Shown: in pieces, positions 12,911-24,698 of the stretch | Layout: each line of letters opens with the position of its first letter | Numbering within the stretch: position 1 is the first letter of the stretch | Source of the DNA: Antedon mediterranea | Lineage: Eukaryota; Animalia; Echinodermata | Direction of reading: 5' to 3' | DNA: 64,000 nt | NCBI RefSeq assembly: GCF_964355755.1 | Contig: NC_092680.1 | Span: 8,308,001-8,372,000 of the forward strand | Notes under the pieces: model-generated | Told to the model about the DNA's origin: nothing | The model's input: the letters and a program-made list of their open reading frames with translations, nothing else | Databases searched by the model: none | Program-made: the position numbers and the translations under genes

Positions 12911-13185
12911 ACTTTATTTTATTTTATGTCTTTAGGCAATGTGGCCAAGGATTACCAATAGTGAATTAATCACTGTCCTATCAGATAGGTGGTAATCCCC
13001 CTGATACAGGGGCTATTGTGTGAACCAGTTCACCGGGGTAACCCCCTACTCTTTTTCGAATAATGAACTGGGTTTCTTTAAAGTACACACAGGTTATAAC
13101 TGTGTACACTGGACCTACGGTTTATAGTCCTTATCCGAGAAGACTTGTTCCACCACCAGAACCAGGAGCGAGTCGGCCTCGAACT
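12911..13185 (-). mobile_element. Deu/Nin-domain SINE, 5'-truncated
   Basis: Minus strand shows a B-box-like gagttcgag, then tcggataaggactataaaccgtaggtcc...aaagaaacccagt..attcgaaaaagagtagggggttaccccggtg (Deu/Nin core pattern), ending in an A-rich tail. Confidence 0.75.
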
Positions 13186-13499
13186 CTGTGATATCTTTCT
13201 TAATCTTAGACCTAGACCTACTTGTAATTTGAAAGTTTTGATAAAGTTGTTTGATGTTTTATTGAGATAACTTTACCAACTTTCTGTTGGAGCACAGATA
13301 ACGCTAATTACAGGGAAACATGTTTTTTTAGGTTCGTTTCACCAAATCAAATTGCACTTGATTTTTCAGAGCCTATCAATCAGCTGCTAAGTAGAATCTA
13401 AAACAAAGAACCCGTGTAGGTCTTAATTGATGCTATTTTAAGAAAATTGTGTCAATCAGTAGTTACATTATCTTTTTTTTGTGGATTTTTACTTTTATG

Positions 13500-13730
13500 T
13501 TAAACCAAAACAACGAAAAGGAATAAAATTACCTTCGTGACGTTTCGCCGACAATCTGTCAGCTGCTTCAGACTAATGCCTGGGTTGGAATGGTCTGGTT
13601 TTTTGTAAGTGACGCTGAACAGCGCCACCAGCCGTTTGGTTGGTATTGATGGTAGAGCGTCTCCGCTGGCCCCCCTCCTGCTTCAACTTTTTCCAGTTCC
13701 AGTTATGGCTGACTTATGTAAAACCTGGGA
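13500..13730 (-). mobile_element. Penelope-like element 3'/pLTR remnant with a degenerate minimal hammerhead (13537-13573)
   Basis: Minus strand CTGAAGC-A-gctgaca-gat-tgtcggc-GAAA-CG-TC: stem II is intact but the core has A9>C. An upstream SHNW peptide resembles PLE ORF ends. Confidence 0.5.
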
Positions 13731-14170
13731 CGAAGAATTTCTATTATCTTATTTTTAAATATGCACCAAAGCTTCATCATTCGATACGCCTGCAGACGGA
13801 CCCGCGTAGCGACATTATATGTAAATTGCCTATAGTTATAGACCAACTATCGTGGTTAGTAAATATAGAGTTTGTTTATACTTCTAATTCAATTCTATAT
13901 TAAAAATTCTAATTGCCATCTTGTTGAGGGCCTCATAGTCCTCTCAATGTACTCACTAACAAGTAGGGGATATTTTTTAAGGTTAGAGATAATGAATAAT
14001 GAATCGGAACATCATTAGGATCGATTCACTTGACGGTAACTCAATTTTCTTCGTTGGCAATTGTCATGATTTTCACTTTCTGGTGTACATTTTTTGAAAA
14101 GACGAAAGAAAGTGAAGTACCGTAATGTTGACTTAATATTATATATTATAAATACATTTATAACAGTACA

Positions 14171-15730
14171 TTTTATTGGTTATCAGCAGCGGATAACCCT
14201 TGTTATTGATTTTTTTCTTCTATCTTGTTCTTTCTTTCCCAAAATTGTGTTGCAGCTGTATCTCTAATTCTTGTCAACATAACATTATATAACTTTGTCA
14301 AAAGATTGACCTCTAACTGTAGAGATGTACAGGAAACTTTGTTATATGACGTTAGAGTCGCGCAACTTAAGTTACGCGCGATTTATGAAATGTTATGGTT
14401 GCTCATAAATTCTGAACAAAAATGTATTTTTTAATGAAACTCTACGAAAGTGTATTTAATAATATGGAGTAACTTTTGACATGATAAAAATGGCGTGCTA
14501 CGCAAACAATTACGCGAGTACACGTATTTGAAATTTAAAAATTCGCAAAATTAATTTCCAATCAATTTCGCGTAGGCCTACATTTCAGGCCATTTTGAGC
14601 ATTTCAAAAAGTTGCGTTTTGCGCACGCACTTATGTATGCGCACAGCTCGTACAAATCGTAGAAAAATGTTTTTTTTCAATTGATATTTGTTTTTCATAC
14701 CTTCTGTATTAGATTTCATTCATTTTGATGAACTTTGATTGCAAATTAACGACGCACGTGCATGTTAAACTTTAAAACTATACCTATTTTTAATCGGCTA
14801 TAGCTCCTCGCGGGATGGCTGGTTATCCCCATAAATTGTATTATGGAAGCCAATGAGTTGTAGATATCAATTCATGTAAAATTTGTATTTACCGGATGTT
14901 TTTACGTCACCATATGGCCACTCGAATTAAAAAAAAAATTTTTTTTTTCACTTTGTACTCGTTAATCCATTCTAAATGGAGCGCATCGCGCTATTAAATG
15001 CGTTCCTTGTTTTCTCCTAGATTTTAATATGTTCTTTCTCAATCAATTCTTTCTCAAACAATTTTTATTAAGTCATCATATAAAAATATTAGAATAACGT
15101 GAGTTACTTAATTTCATCTATACAGTATATTTTAATCTGTTATATCTCATCGGAATGAAAAGTGACCCACATGATTAAAACGTATTATTGAAGTTGTTGA
15201 ATTGTAGATATGATGAATTCATATACACATTTTGTCTACTGTATCTGATGTCATGACGTCATCATATGGCCAGTTGAATTCAAAATGTCAGATTGTCATC
15301 TCTTTCGTAAAAGTTCGTCGCGTTTTAAAGGGAGAGCGCGCATCTAACTTTTACGTGGCCAAAATTTGTATTAATGCAATTATTTACATAATTATCTTCT
15401 AAAATAGTTAGGACTATCTTTATATGTCAATTTGATGACGTCATCGTGTTAAATTGGATTTAAAAGATGGTTCTTGTAATTTCATCTATGAACCACGCTT
15501 TACATGTTGTATGATATGGTACAATTCAGCACTGTAGGGCCTAAACATATTTAATTCATGTCATAGGATGGCATAATAATTGTCGACGTTCTTATATATT
15601 AACGTATGTACACGTTGAATTTCCGCACATAACTCGAACGAGTTCAAATCTAGTTCTATATGTTTCAATTTAAATTATGTCGTCAAACGGAATCTAACGA
15701 GCGAACGGGTTTTCCCCGTAAATATTATTG
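14171..15730. mobile_element. Unclassified CpG-rich interspersed repeat, possibly HINE/Helentron-like
   Basis: 5' hairpin ggttatc-agcagcg-gataacc after a T run, then a CT-rich tract, and a 3' hairpin acggg...cccgt. No ORF. Boundaries and class are uncertain. Confidence 0.3.
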
Positions 15731-16576
15731 TTGTGATTTTTGTTAACGATAGGCCTACATAGCGCCATCTAATTACGGATTAGTCTTACGGAGCCATACA
15801 CTGTTATCTTGAGAAACTATACTGGTAGTATATATATTTATATATAAATTATTAGAGTATCCAAATTTAAAAGATCAATTTTTTTTTAATGACGTCATGA
15901 AATATATACAAAAGTAATACAGTATGCAATCTGTCGGCAAAACTGTTTATGATTGACAAGATAAAATCAATTTCAGCTTAATATTTTATCTAGGGTCACA
16001 CATTAAAAAGAAGCAAGGACGGGTGATTTTCACTTTATTAAATCACAGGTCAATAAACCGATATATACCACCTGTTTTAACCGCTTGATGAGTGTTTTTG
16101 ATTTCCCTTTAATTTAAAAAAACTTCTTTCCCTTTTGACTTAATTCGATTTTTATTTGTAATATTTTCGTACCTTCGTCCGTTGATTTGTCATTGTTCTT
16201 AGCCTGTACAAAGGTACTTTTAAGGTAAAGTTTATACCAGTTTACACAAAATATACTTTTTACCGTTGATTACATTAATGACACAGCCCATATAGATATA
16301 TAATTGATATAACTGTTCTCCTTCAGCCACACACAGTTTTTGGCTATGAATAATGTCACAGAGTTGGCTGTAAGAATAGTAAATCGTAAATTAACTACTT
16401 TATTGTTCAAACAATCATCCATGCCCACTTGACTGATTCTAAATAGATTGTGGAAGTATGGGATTACTTCACATCCAACCGACAATTAAGAAAGACACAA
16501 AGTACAAATAACTTATGCGTTTCCAAAATTTTTTAATCATGTGCCATTACCAATTTATGGTTACTTAAGATCTAAC

Positions 16577-16605
16577 TAATCTATCTATCTATCTATCTAT
16601 CTATC
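16577..16605. repeat. (ATCT)n microsatellite
   Basis: About seven consecutive atct units. Confidence 0.95.
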
Positions 16606-17665
16606 AGTGTGTGGATGAAAAGATACCATAGAAACTTAATATTCTGTTCCTAATAAAACACACAAAATGTTGCCGACAAGTAGGTGGATTGACGCTTGGT
16701 TTAAGACCAATTCAAGTGTAAATTCTGTTCAGTAGGGTGTGTTACTTTCAATTACCTCAGAGGATTAGATTGAACTTTTCATTCAACTACTGTGGTTCAA
16801 TCTATCTATCCATCACTTATAATTCTCGTCAAAGTTGTCAGATTTCAGATTAACATTACTGTAGATGGACGTCTTAAGCGGTAAACTAAGAGCAATCAAG
16901 CACATCCCATTTGAAAGCTAAAATGAAATTATGAACTAACTTTTGATATATTATATGTTTGCAATCCTTCGTTCAAACAATCTTGAAGCCACACCAAGTT
17001 GGTTTCTACTGAGAAAATGTTCAGGACTAGGCCTACCATGGTATCCGGAAATTTCTTCAAGTGCTGGAAAATCATCTCCAGTTGAAGATTATCCACATAT
17101 TATTTTTGTTTGAAAAAGATTGTGATTTATGCATTTATAGAATTTGTGATGAAACGATTACAATATCAAACGAATGTAGTATTTTGTTGTTTTATAATGC
17201 CCCCGTCGACAATAATTCGTCAACACGATGAAAATTCGAAACCTTACAGCGCCGCCTATCGATATGTTACTTTTTCAACATGTTGACAATCAGTTAAAAG
17301 GTTCCTACGATATAACTTGAATCAGTTGAAAGTTATGCTTAACCGACTTAAGTTCGCAAATTTGTTTTAAATTTGGAATAATATTTCGGTTGCTCCGTTG
17401 CATACTATAAAGTATATTTTAACGTATTGATGTAGTGTTTGACTGAAAAACAAGCAGTTTTGTTTTTGTGGGTGATTCACGCCACATTTGAACTTGACCA
17501 GTGTATTGCAATCATCACTTGAGGCCGATAAATTCGAATTTCCGAATTTGCTATGCCAATTCGTCGGTGAAACACTCCGGCACCACTGTATTTAGCCAGT
17601 GAATGGTCAAACAAGCAGCATAGACGTACCTAGTTTTGTACTGTATTGTAGCATATACACGAGAG

Positions 17666-19111
17666 ATGCAGAAACATAATATTTTACAAGTGAACCTACG
17701 CAAAATCTGTGTCGTAATATTGTTTAGTTTGGCGAGGACTATAAGCTGTATAGAGTTAGTTACAGGGCCTGAAAGTACGTCCGGTGTTGTTGGACAGTCA
17801 GCACAACTTAACTGCCATGTCAGGAATAAAGATACCATGAACGTTGTCTGGTTTCACGTGGACTCAAAAACATTCATTTCAATTGATACCTACCTAAGTG
17901 TTATTGATCTGGATCGTAGATCACGTTATCATATTAAATCACCACGGGCAGAAGAGGACTTTATACTGTTTATGGATAAAATAAGATTATCGGACGCTGG
18001 AAGTTACCAATGTGGATATCTAGATGGAAATCGTGGATTTAAAATTTTGGCTTCTGGATTGTTAATTGTTCAAAAACCGTTGCTACCAGGCTCACCGTCA
18101 TGCGAGATTAACACGCCAGGAAAGACGGCTGATGTAGGCGATGAAATTACATTAAAATGCGCAGCAACTGGTAACGAGCTTCAACCACTTTTGGTATTGT
18201 ATAGAAACGGAGAACGGCTAAAAGTGGAGGAAAGGTACACTGTTAAATACACACTAACACTGGATGAGACGGACATAGGAATAGAATTTGCATGTGTGCT
18301 TAAAAGCCCAGAGTTTGTAGCACCACGTGTTTGTAGCATGGTACCACTAGTTGTTCGTCCAGAGGTACGAATTGTTCCGGAAAAACAAGAAGTATTCAAA
18401 GGCTCAGACGTGCGCTTTACATGCGATGTTAGTTCCAGTGAAAACATTGTCAGTTACAGTTGGATTCATTTGCCATTATCTGTGTTATTATCCAGAAGAT
18501 ATATAGAAGAAGAAAATGGGCAAGTTTTAAGAATTTTAAACGCCAAATATACAGAGAACAACACGAAGGTCACTTGTCAGGTACGAACCGAATCTGGTTT
18601 AACTTCACGGGCAAACGGGACGCTGCTTGTATACAAACGTCCAAGCGAATTGTACCCGCACTCCACAACACCTAGGCGCGATTTATTAACAGCACAGGAC
18701 AGGTTTAAATCAGACACAAGGAGCCCGAGTTACTATGATGATACCCCAACGATATCATCTCCAGCAGGAACTTCAACAGTGATTCGACCTGTTGTTGCTA
18801 TGCTTGTCGCCGGTGTTGGAGGAATAATATTCTCACTGTTGATAATGACAGCCGTGTTTGTATTTACCAGACATGAAGAACAAGAACTTCTAAAGAAATT
18901 TCCCCATGTTACCATTGAAGTGATGGATAGGCAGCATCGTTCTCATCCGCTTGAGGAGAATTCACTTTCTTTAGGCTCCCGATCTTATTCTCTAAATAAC
19001 CATAATGTACGAGACACTCTACCGGACAAATATCCAGTATTTTTTGACAATCCATCTTTCTCACATTCGCTGGAAAATATCTTTACAGTTGGAACGGAAG
19101 CTCGTGAATAG
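17666..19111 (+). CDS. Single-exon Ig-superfamily type I membrane protein (V + C2 + C2/I domains; CADM/nectin-like architecture), 481 aa
   Basis: ATG at 17666 and signal peptide (..ICVVILFSLARTISC). V-set domain LNC..VVW..DAGSYQC, second Ig ITLKC..FAC, third Ig RFTC..YSW..VTC, S/T/P-rich stalk, TM segment VVAMLVAGVGGIIFSLLIMTAVFVF and a cytoplasmic tail of about 80 aa. The ORF is uninterrupted. Confidence 0.9.
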   Translation: MQKHNILQVNLRKICVVILFSLARTISCIELVTGPESTSGVVGQSAQLNCHVRNKDTMNVVWFHVDSKTFISIDTYLSVIDLDRRSRYHIKSPRAEEDFILFMDKIRLSDAGSYQCGYLDGNRGFKILASGLLIVQKPLLPGSPSCEINTPGKTADVGDEITLKCAATGNELQPLLVLYRNGERLKVEERYTVKYTLTLDETDIGIEFACVLKSPEFVAPRVCSMVPLVVRPEVRIVPEKQEVFKGSDVRFTCDVSSSENIVSYSWIHLPLSVLLSRRYIEEENGQVLRILNAKYTENNTKVTCQVRTESGLTSRANGTLLVYKRPSELYPHSTTPRRDLLTAQDRFKSDTRSPSYYDDTPTISSPAGTSTVIRPVVAMLVAGVGGIIFSLLIMTAVFVFTRHEEQELLKKFPHVTIEVMDRQHRSHPLEENSLSLGSRSYSLNNHNVRDTLPDKYPVFFDNPSFSHSLENIFTVGTEARE

Positions 19112-20999
19112 TGTTTTAATTGGGTAATGCTCAGTGATCAAATTAATATAAATGAATTATTCGAAATAGAACAGATTGTAGGTTTACTAAGAAATATGCA
19201 ATATTTGAAGAAATCAAATATATAGATTAAAATAGTTTGTTTATAAATGAGATTGATAAAGAATATGTTATAGTTATTATTATCATTATTATTGAGAGAG
19301 TATAGGATGTTATTAATTTTAAATGCCTACGAAAATGAAAACAGAAAAGTGTTTTTCTCTCTTCAAGTAAGGATTAAAATGAGTTGTTAAGTTGGACGGA
19401 TGTTCGATGTAAGGTCTTGTATCCTGTGTGAAGCCCATTAGTACTAATAGGCCTACATATAAATTAATCTTATGTTTTTAATTTACTTTGTGTACATATG
19501 TAATTTGTGCTTGTCTGCAGGCGTAATGTTCAAAGTGTAAATATAACTTATTGAATTTTGTTCATAATTGATTATTGGATCTGTGATGATTCTTATTATC
19601 TTGTAAAAATCTGTGCAAGAAAGTGTATTTTTAGTTATTTTTGTAAATATTATTTTGACTGGTATAGAGTAATATTGAGGTGGTAAAATCATTATAACGA
19701 CAAAATGGCATTTTTATAAATGACATTTTATATCTAAGTAAAAGTTAGTTGGTTTACTTTATTATGGATTACCTCATGAAGTATTTAATCTGAAGTTAAA
19801 TAAATTGTGGATTTATTTCTCAAGAATATTAGTTCATCTGAGATATATTTAATTCTAGGTAGGATGGTATAGACACATACATCACATCATTTTGGGAATT
19901 GGGAAAACTATACTGTACTTGCAGTACCTGAACCCTTCAGTCAAACATCGTTAAATATGATTATTATGTATTTTAGTCATGATTTCTTTACTATTAATAC
20001 GTCCCTATCAACAACTATCACGGATATTAGACAAGACATATATACATGCACGGTCACTCTTCTCAACTAATTAATTGTAGTGATAAATCACGTGATTAAC
20101 GTTTTAAGGTGTGACGTTTAACAGTAGATTGGGAAAAAATATCATCAAAATGAATAAAATACATTTTCTATGAGAGCTCACGTTTTGAAGTGATACTGAT
20201 AGGGCCTATAAAGTTTTACTAGAGAGAATGTTTCTTTATTTTGAAAAAAAATACACTTTCCATACATTTTTAGCTAGGTCACAGTCTGGTGACATCGTTG
20301 ATCTTGTTTAATATGCAAGGTGAAGACTTCAATCAATGTATTGTATTTTCATTTCAAAATCAAGAGATAGTTACAGTAAGTGGTCATTGTAATGGTACGT
20401 ACAGAGAAAAAACTTATTGGAAACTGAATTTAAGTAATTTATAGAATTGCAATACATGGTGTTCTATATCTTTAACACTAAAGATATTTTCCTTTAGGAA
20501 GTTCAGACATCACGTTTTCATTAAAGTATTCCCATTAGAAATATGCAAGTTCGTTATCTCTTGTATTTCACACCGCTATAGACAAGATCTGAGTGGAACT
20601 TTTTCAACAAGCCGTTCCAATCTGCGAGTAAACGATCTATAAGTATTGACACCTAAAACAAATTATTAATCTTCATATCCTAACTTTAATCATATTATCG
20701 TAAAATACTATCGGTTTTACTAACTTACTTTAAACATGGAACTTTATAAATAGATGTTTTATTGACCTTTAAATTATACTGACCTCAAAAAATGAAAGCA
20801 CAGTTTGTTAGGTGTCTATAGTTAAAAAGGGTTCCTGTTAGTCGCTAAACTGTTGTCATTTAGGCGTACAGTTGCATTTAATTACCATTGTAATCTGTTT
20901 AAACTTTATAAACCGAATTTCCGAAATAGAAGGAATATATTGAATATACAGCTTCGATTATCTATAATAACAAGAAAGCAACAGAAAACAATATTAAGA

Positions 21000-21630
21000 C
21001 AAATCAGCTTGTATTATAGAATAAAGGTTCTTTCTTTTGCTATTCTCAACCAGTTGTTTTTATATTTTCTCAGGTCATCTCTCTCCATCTCATTTTGATT
21101 TTGGCTCTTTTCCTATACCGTATTCCTGTGTGTACATCTATTGTCATAGAGTCTTGCAACGTGGCCTGCCCATCTCCACTTATTAGCAATTGCTTGAAAC
21201 AGATCTGGTTTTTTTTTATCTTGCACTTATTACTTTGCATGGTAAATACTTTGTCCAGCATTTTCCGTTCCATATTTCAACTGAGTTGATCTTAACTTAT
21301 CCTGGTTTTCTCGCTCGGTTAGTCTCAACTTTTCTGATCCGTATGTGATGGCAGGAATAATGCACCGGTCAAACACTGTCTTTCTGAGGCACATTGGTAT
21401 TGATTAGTTGCAGAGGATGTCTTTGAAGCGGCCAAATCCTCGCCATCCTGTTAATTCTGTCTGCAATTTCTTTACTTGGATTTGGTAGGCTGATTGTTTG
21501 TCCAAAGTATTTATGTTTGTTGGCTTTTTTAGTTTCTGTATCGTCAATCACAATGTGTTGGTTTGTGTCGAAATGTCTTGCTTTCTTCATTATTGATCGT
21601 AGGATTTATGTAAGCAATTGATTCGTTTTA
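21000..21630 (-). mobile_element. RTE-clade LINE, 3' fragment, decayed
   Basis: Minus-strand remnants KYFGQTISL, EIADRINRMA, IPMCLRKTVFD, CIIPAITYGSE, MERKML and KWRWAGHVARL are typical of the RTE ORF C-terminus; frameshifted. Confidence 0.85.
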
Positions 21631-24600
21631 ACTGCTGACTTCCTAGTGTTTTCACATTTTACATTATGTATAATCAGTATGTTTTAGTAGTTTAGTAGTA
21701 GTATAGTACAGTACTAGTTTTGAAAATAAATGTTTTAATCTCAATACTTCTTGTCTTTTCTTGATATTCAAATTATTTTTCAACCCGGGTGTTCTAGTAC
21801 AGACGATTTTATACTCATTATTGTAACATTTTAACGATATTTAACTTCTGATTTATTGTAGTTAGTAATATAAGGTATTGTGTAACAGTATGTAATTGTC
21901 GAAGAGGCTTAAGTGAAACATCAACATTACTGACGACTTTCTACATTAGTAATAATTAGTAGAGTTCTCGATACTTGACATCGACAACTATTTGTATGTA
22001 CCGTATATGGTAGGGTTTTTGCAAATCACTGCTGTAGGCCTAACATTAAGATATCTTATTAACATTTTCAAATGACATCATTACATTTCTAGTCAAATAC
22101 CGGAATAAATAAATGCAATTACTATCCTGATTGAAACATTTAATTATCAATTTAATATCACATAAAGTTACAATAGACATACAATTACATATATGTTAAG
22201 TATAGTTTTTTTAGAAACTCAAAGTGAAACATTCTTTGTTTTCCGTTATAAAATATTCACTTGGGATTTGAATTCCTGTTCTGGAACATTTTATTATCAA
22301 ATCAAACTTTAATTCGATGCGGATTGACGTTTAATAGGCTTATATGTACCATAGGCCTATTCAAGACATTTTTTATATTCAGCTGAATAGTAATCTATCT
22401 TTTAACTATAAGGCCCCTACTAAGGGACATTTTCACGACCCAATAAAGTTTCCACTTATAAGAGTGTCTCTATTTTCGCGAGAAAGTTTCCGCTTAATTA
22501 ATTTTATGTTTGCTTACATCGGTATAACCCCTCATTTGCGACAACCCTTTTCAGGAGGGCATTTACCCGTGAAACGGACAAGGGGCAATGTTTAAACATT
22601 CAGGCCCTTATGGTTAGCCCCATTCAGAATTCATGTGATTGATACTGTAATTAAACAAATTGCACAGTGGCACCGAGCGTAGGATATTGAACTATTGAAA
22701 ACACCTATGTTATTAACAACAATGAACTGACTCATGACATTATATCCTGTAATACATGAAATACTGAAAGCAAATTTAAAACAGATTACACAGATTGTAT
22801 AGTTATGCTTAGTTTATTGATTGGTACGTATATTCGTGTCTACACTGTTACCCAACCAAAACCGATTATGTTCGGCGATTCTGGTTTCTGCGGTTTACCA
22901 AACCCCTGTCGTTCAGATCGATTCTTAATTTCATCAACTGAAATCGAACGATTCACAAGATTCGACACTATTACTTTATATAAATGTTTGACGTGTGAAA
23001 TTATAGGGTCATGTATTTCACCTTTACTTGGAAATACTCTCTGTTAAAGACCCTGTGACTATTTTGATTTTTTAGGCACATTGGAGCTCCAATGACCCCG
23101 GTGAAATCGTGCCGTAAGTGCAAATGAATTGAAATATAGGTTTTAAGCTTAAGTTTTTCCCTGAAGCGACAATGTAAAAAAGGTTAGATTAAATGAATTA
23201 GGTGTGTTCCCTGCAGCATAAACTTGACAAGATACTTGATTGAGTTGCAACTTAGTTCGGTGACTTACAGATCATTAATCTGATAACGAAGGCTTTATTA
23301 AAGTCATAATGTATAATTAGATTGGACTATAGAAGCAACAAACCTCATATGAATATAAATATAATAATAATGTATTGAACGCTAGTATTGAATACTTGTT
23401 AAAATAAGTTATATGTTTTGGATTTTTTTAAAAAGCAATAATGCGAGGGTCCTGCTTGCAGGAAATGTACATAATTACATTAGATTAAAACATTAATTTT
23501 CTAGTATTATTTTCAATCCATTACCGTAATCGATCAGTGTTGTGCCACAACATTGTAACAGTCCGTGATGTGATGGGATTATCCAATTGATCTAACATAG
23601 ATAGTCATGACGCCAGTAAAGTTGACATTGACATTTTGGTGGATCTGATCTTGTTTTAACCTCTGTCTGTCAAATGACAGGGGATTTTGAATGATCTCAA
23701 AGGTGGTTTTTCTAACACGCCCTAATTATATAGGCCTACTATTATACCTCTGGAGTATTTTATTTTAAAATGTGTCAAGGGCCTCTACATGCGGCATATT
23801 TTAAAACTTTCACTTGCATGTATAAAAATAGACTCTTACGCAGGATGATTGTACGGGTTTTTTGTTTATAGTTTTGATAGTAGGGGGATAGTAGGCCTGG
23901 TGATAAGTACTTGTTTATTTGTTTGATTGATTGATTGATACATACAATTATCAGAGATGTAATAACAGGTGATATATACACCTGAATTGAAATAGAGAGA
24001 ATGAAGAGGAAAATATCAATATCCAAAATCTGAAGGAAATGAAGGACAATGCCTACACTGCATTAAACATATTTGACATGTCTTTTTTGAACAGATAATC
24101 AGCAACTCCGTACTGTTTTTTTGTATATTGGATATGCGAGAGTACAGTAGCTCACTGCGAGGTGTTTGCGAGTGACCAGTCGAATACATTTGACAACCAT
24201 CAATTCAATAGTTTACTCAGATTAGGCCATTCTGGGGCGCTTTCTGAACTGTCTGGTGTTTCAAAGCTCACGTGAATTTGTCCTCGTGAACTGTATAGTA
24301 TATTATGCTGTAGGGCTATGGCTAGAAAGATCTCCATTAGTAATGGATAGCTGCCCAAATAGCGATAAGACCTCGTATCCGCATAAAAAAAATAGTAAAA
24401 GTTCAATCATGGAGAATTTCTGTTTTATAGCTAATATGTATGCCTTTAAATAATACCGTCCATCCTTCCATATTATATAAACTCAGTGAATGGATAGTAA
24501 TCCATACAACACTTTTGTGATTCTTTTGTGAAGAACTAGTCTGTTCTAGAAAGAGTATTGTTTCAGTTGTTGTTTGAATTAAAAAAATTATTTTCTTTCT

Positions 24601-24698
24601 ATTTTGTTTGTGCTTCTTGTTTTTTTACTAATGTTTCTTATACCTGTGTTCTTTGGTCAGTCAAATACATTATGTATGTGGAAACCGTTTATTATTAT

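Noticed and set aside
17636-17665. ORF-track start of the Ig gene
   Set aside because: Non-ATG start; the first in-frame ATG, which precedes the signal peptide, is at 17666.
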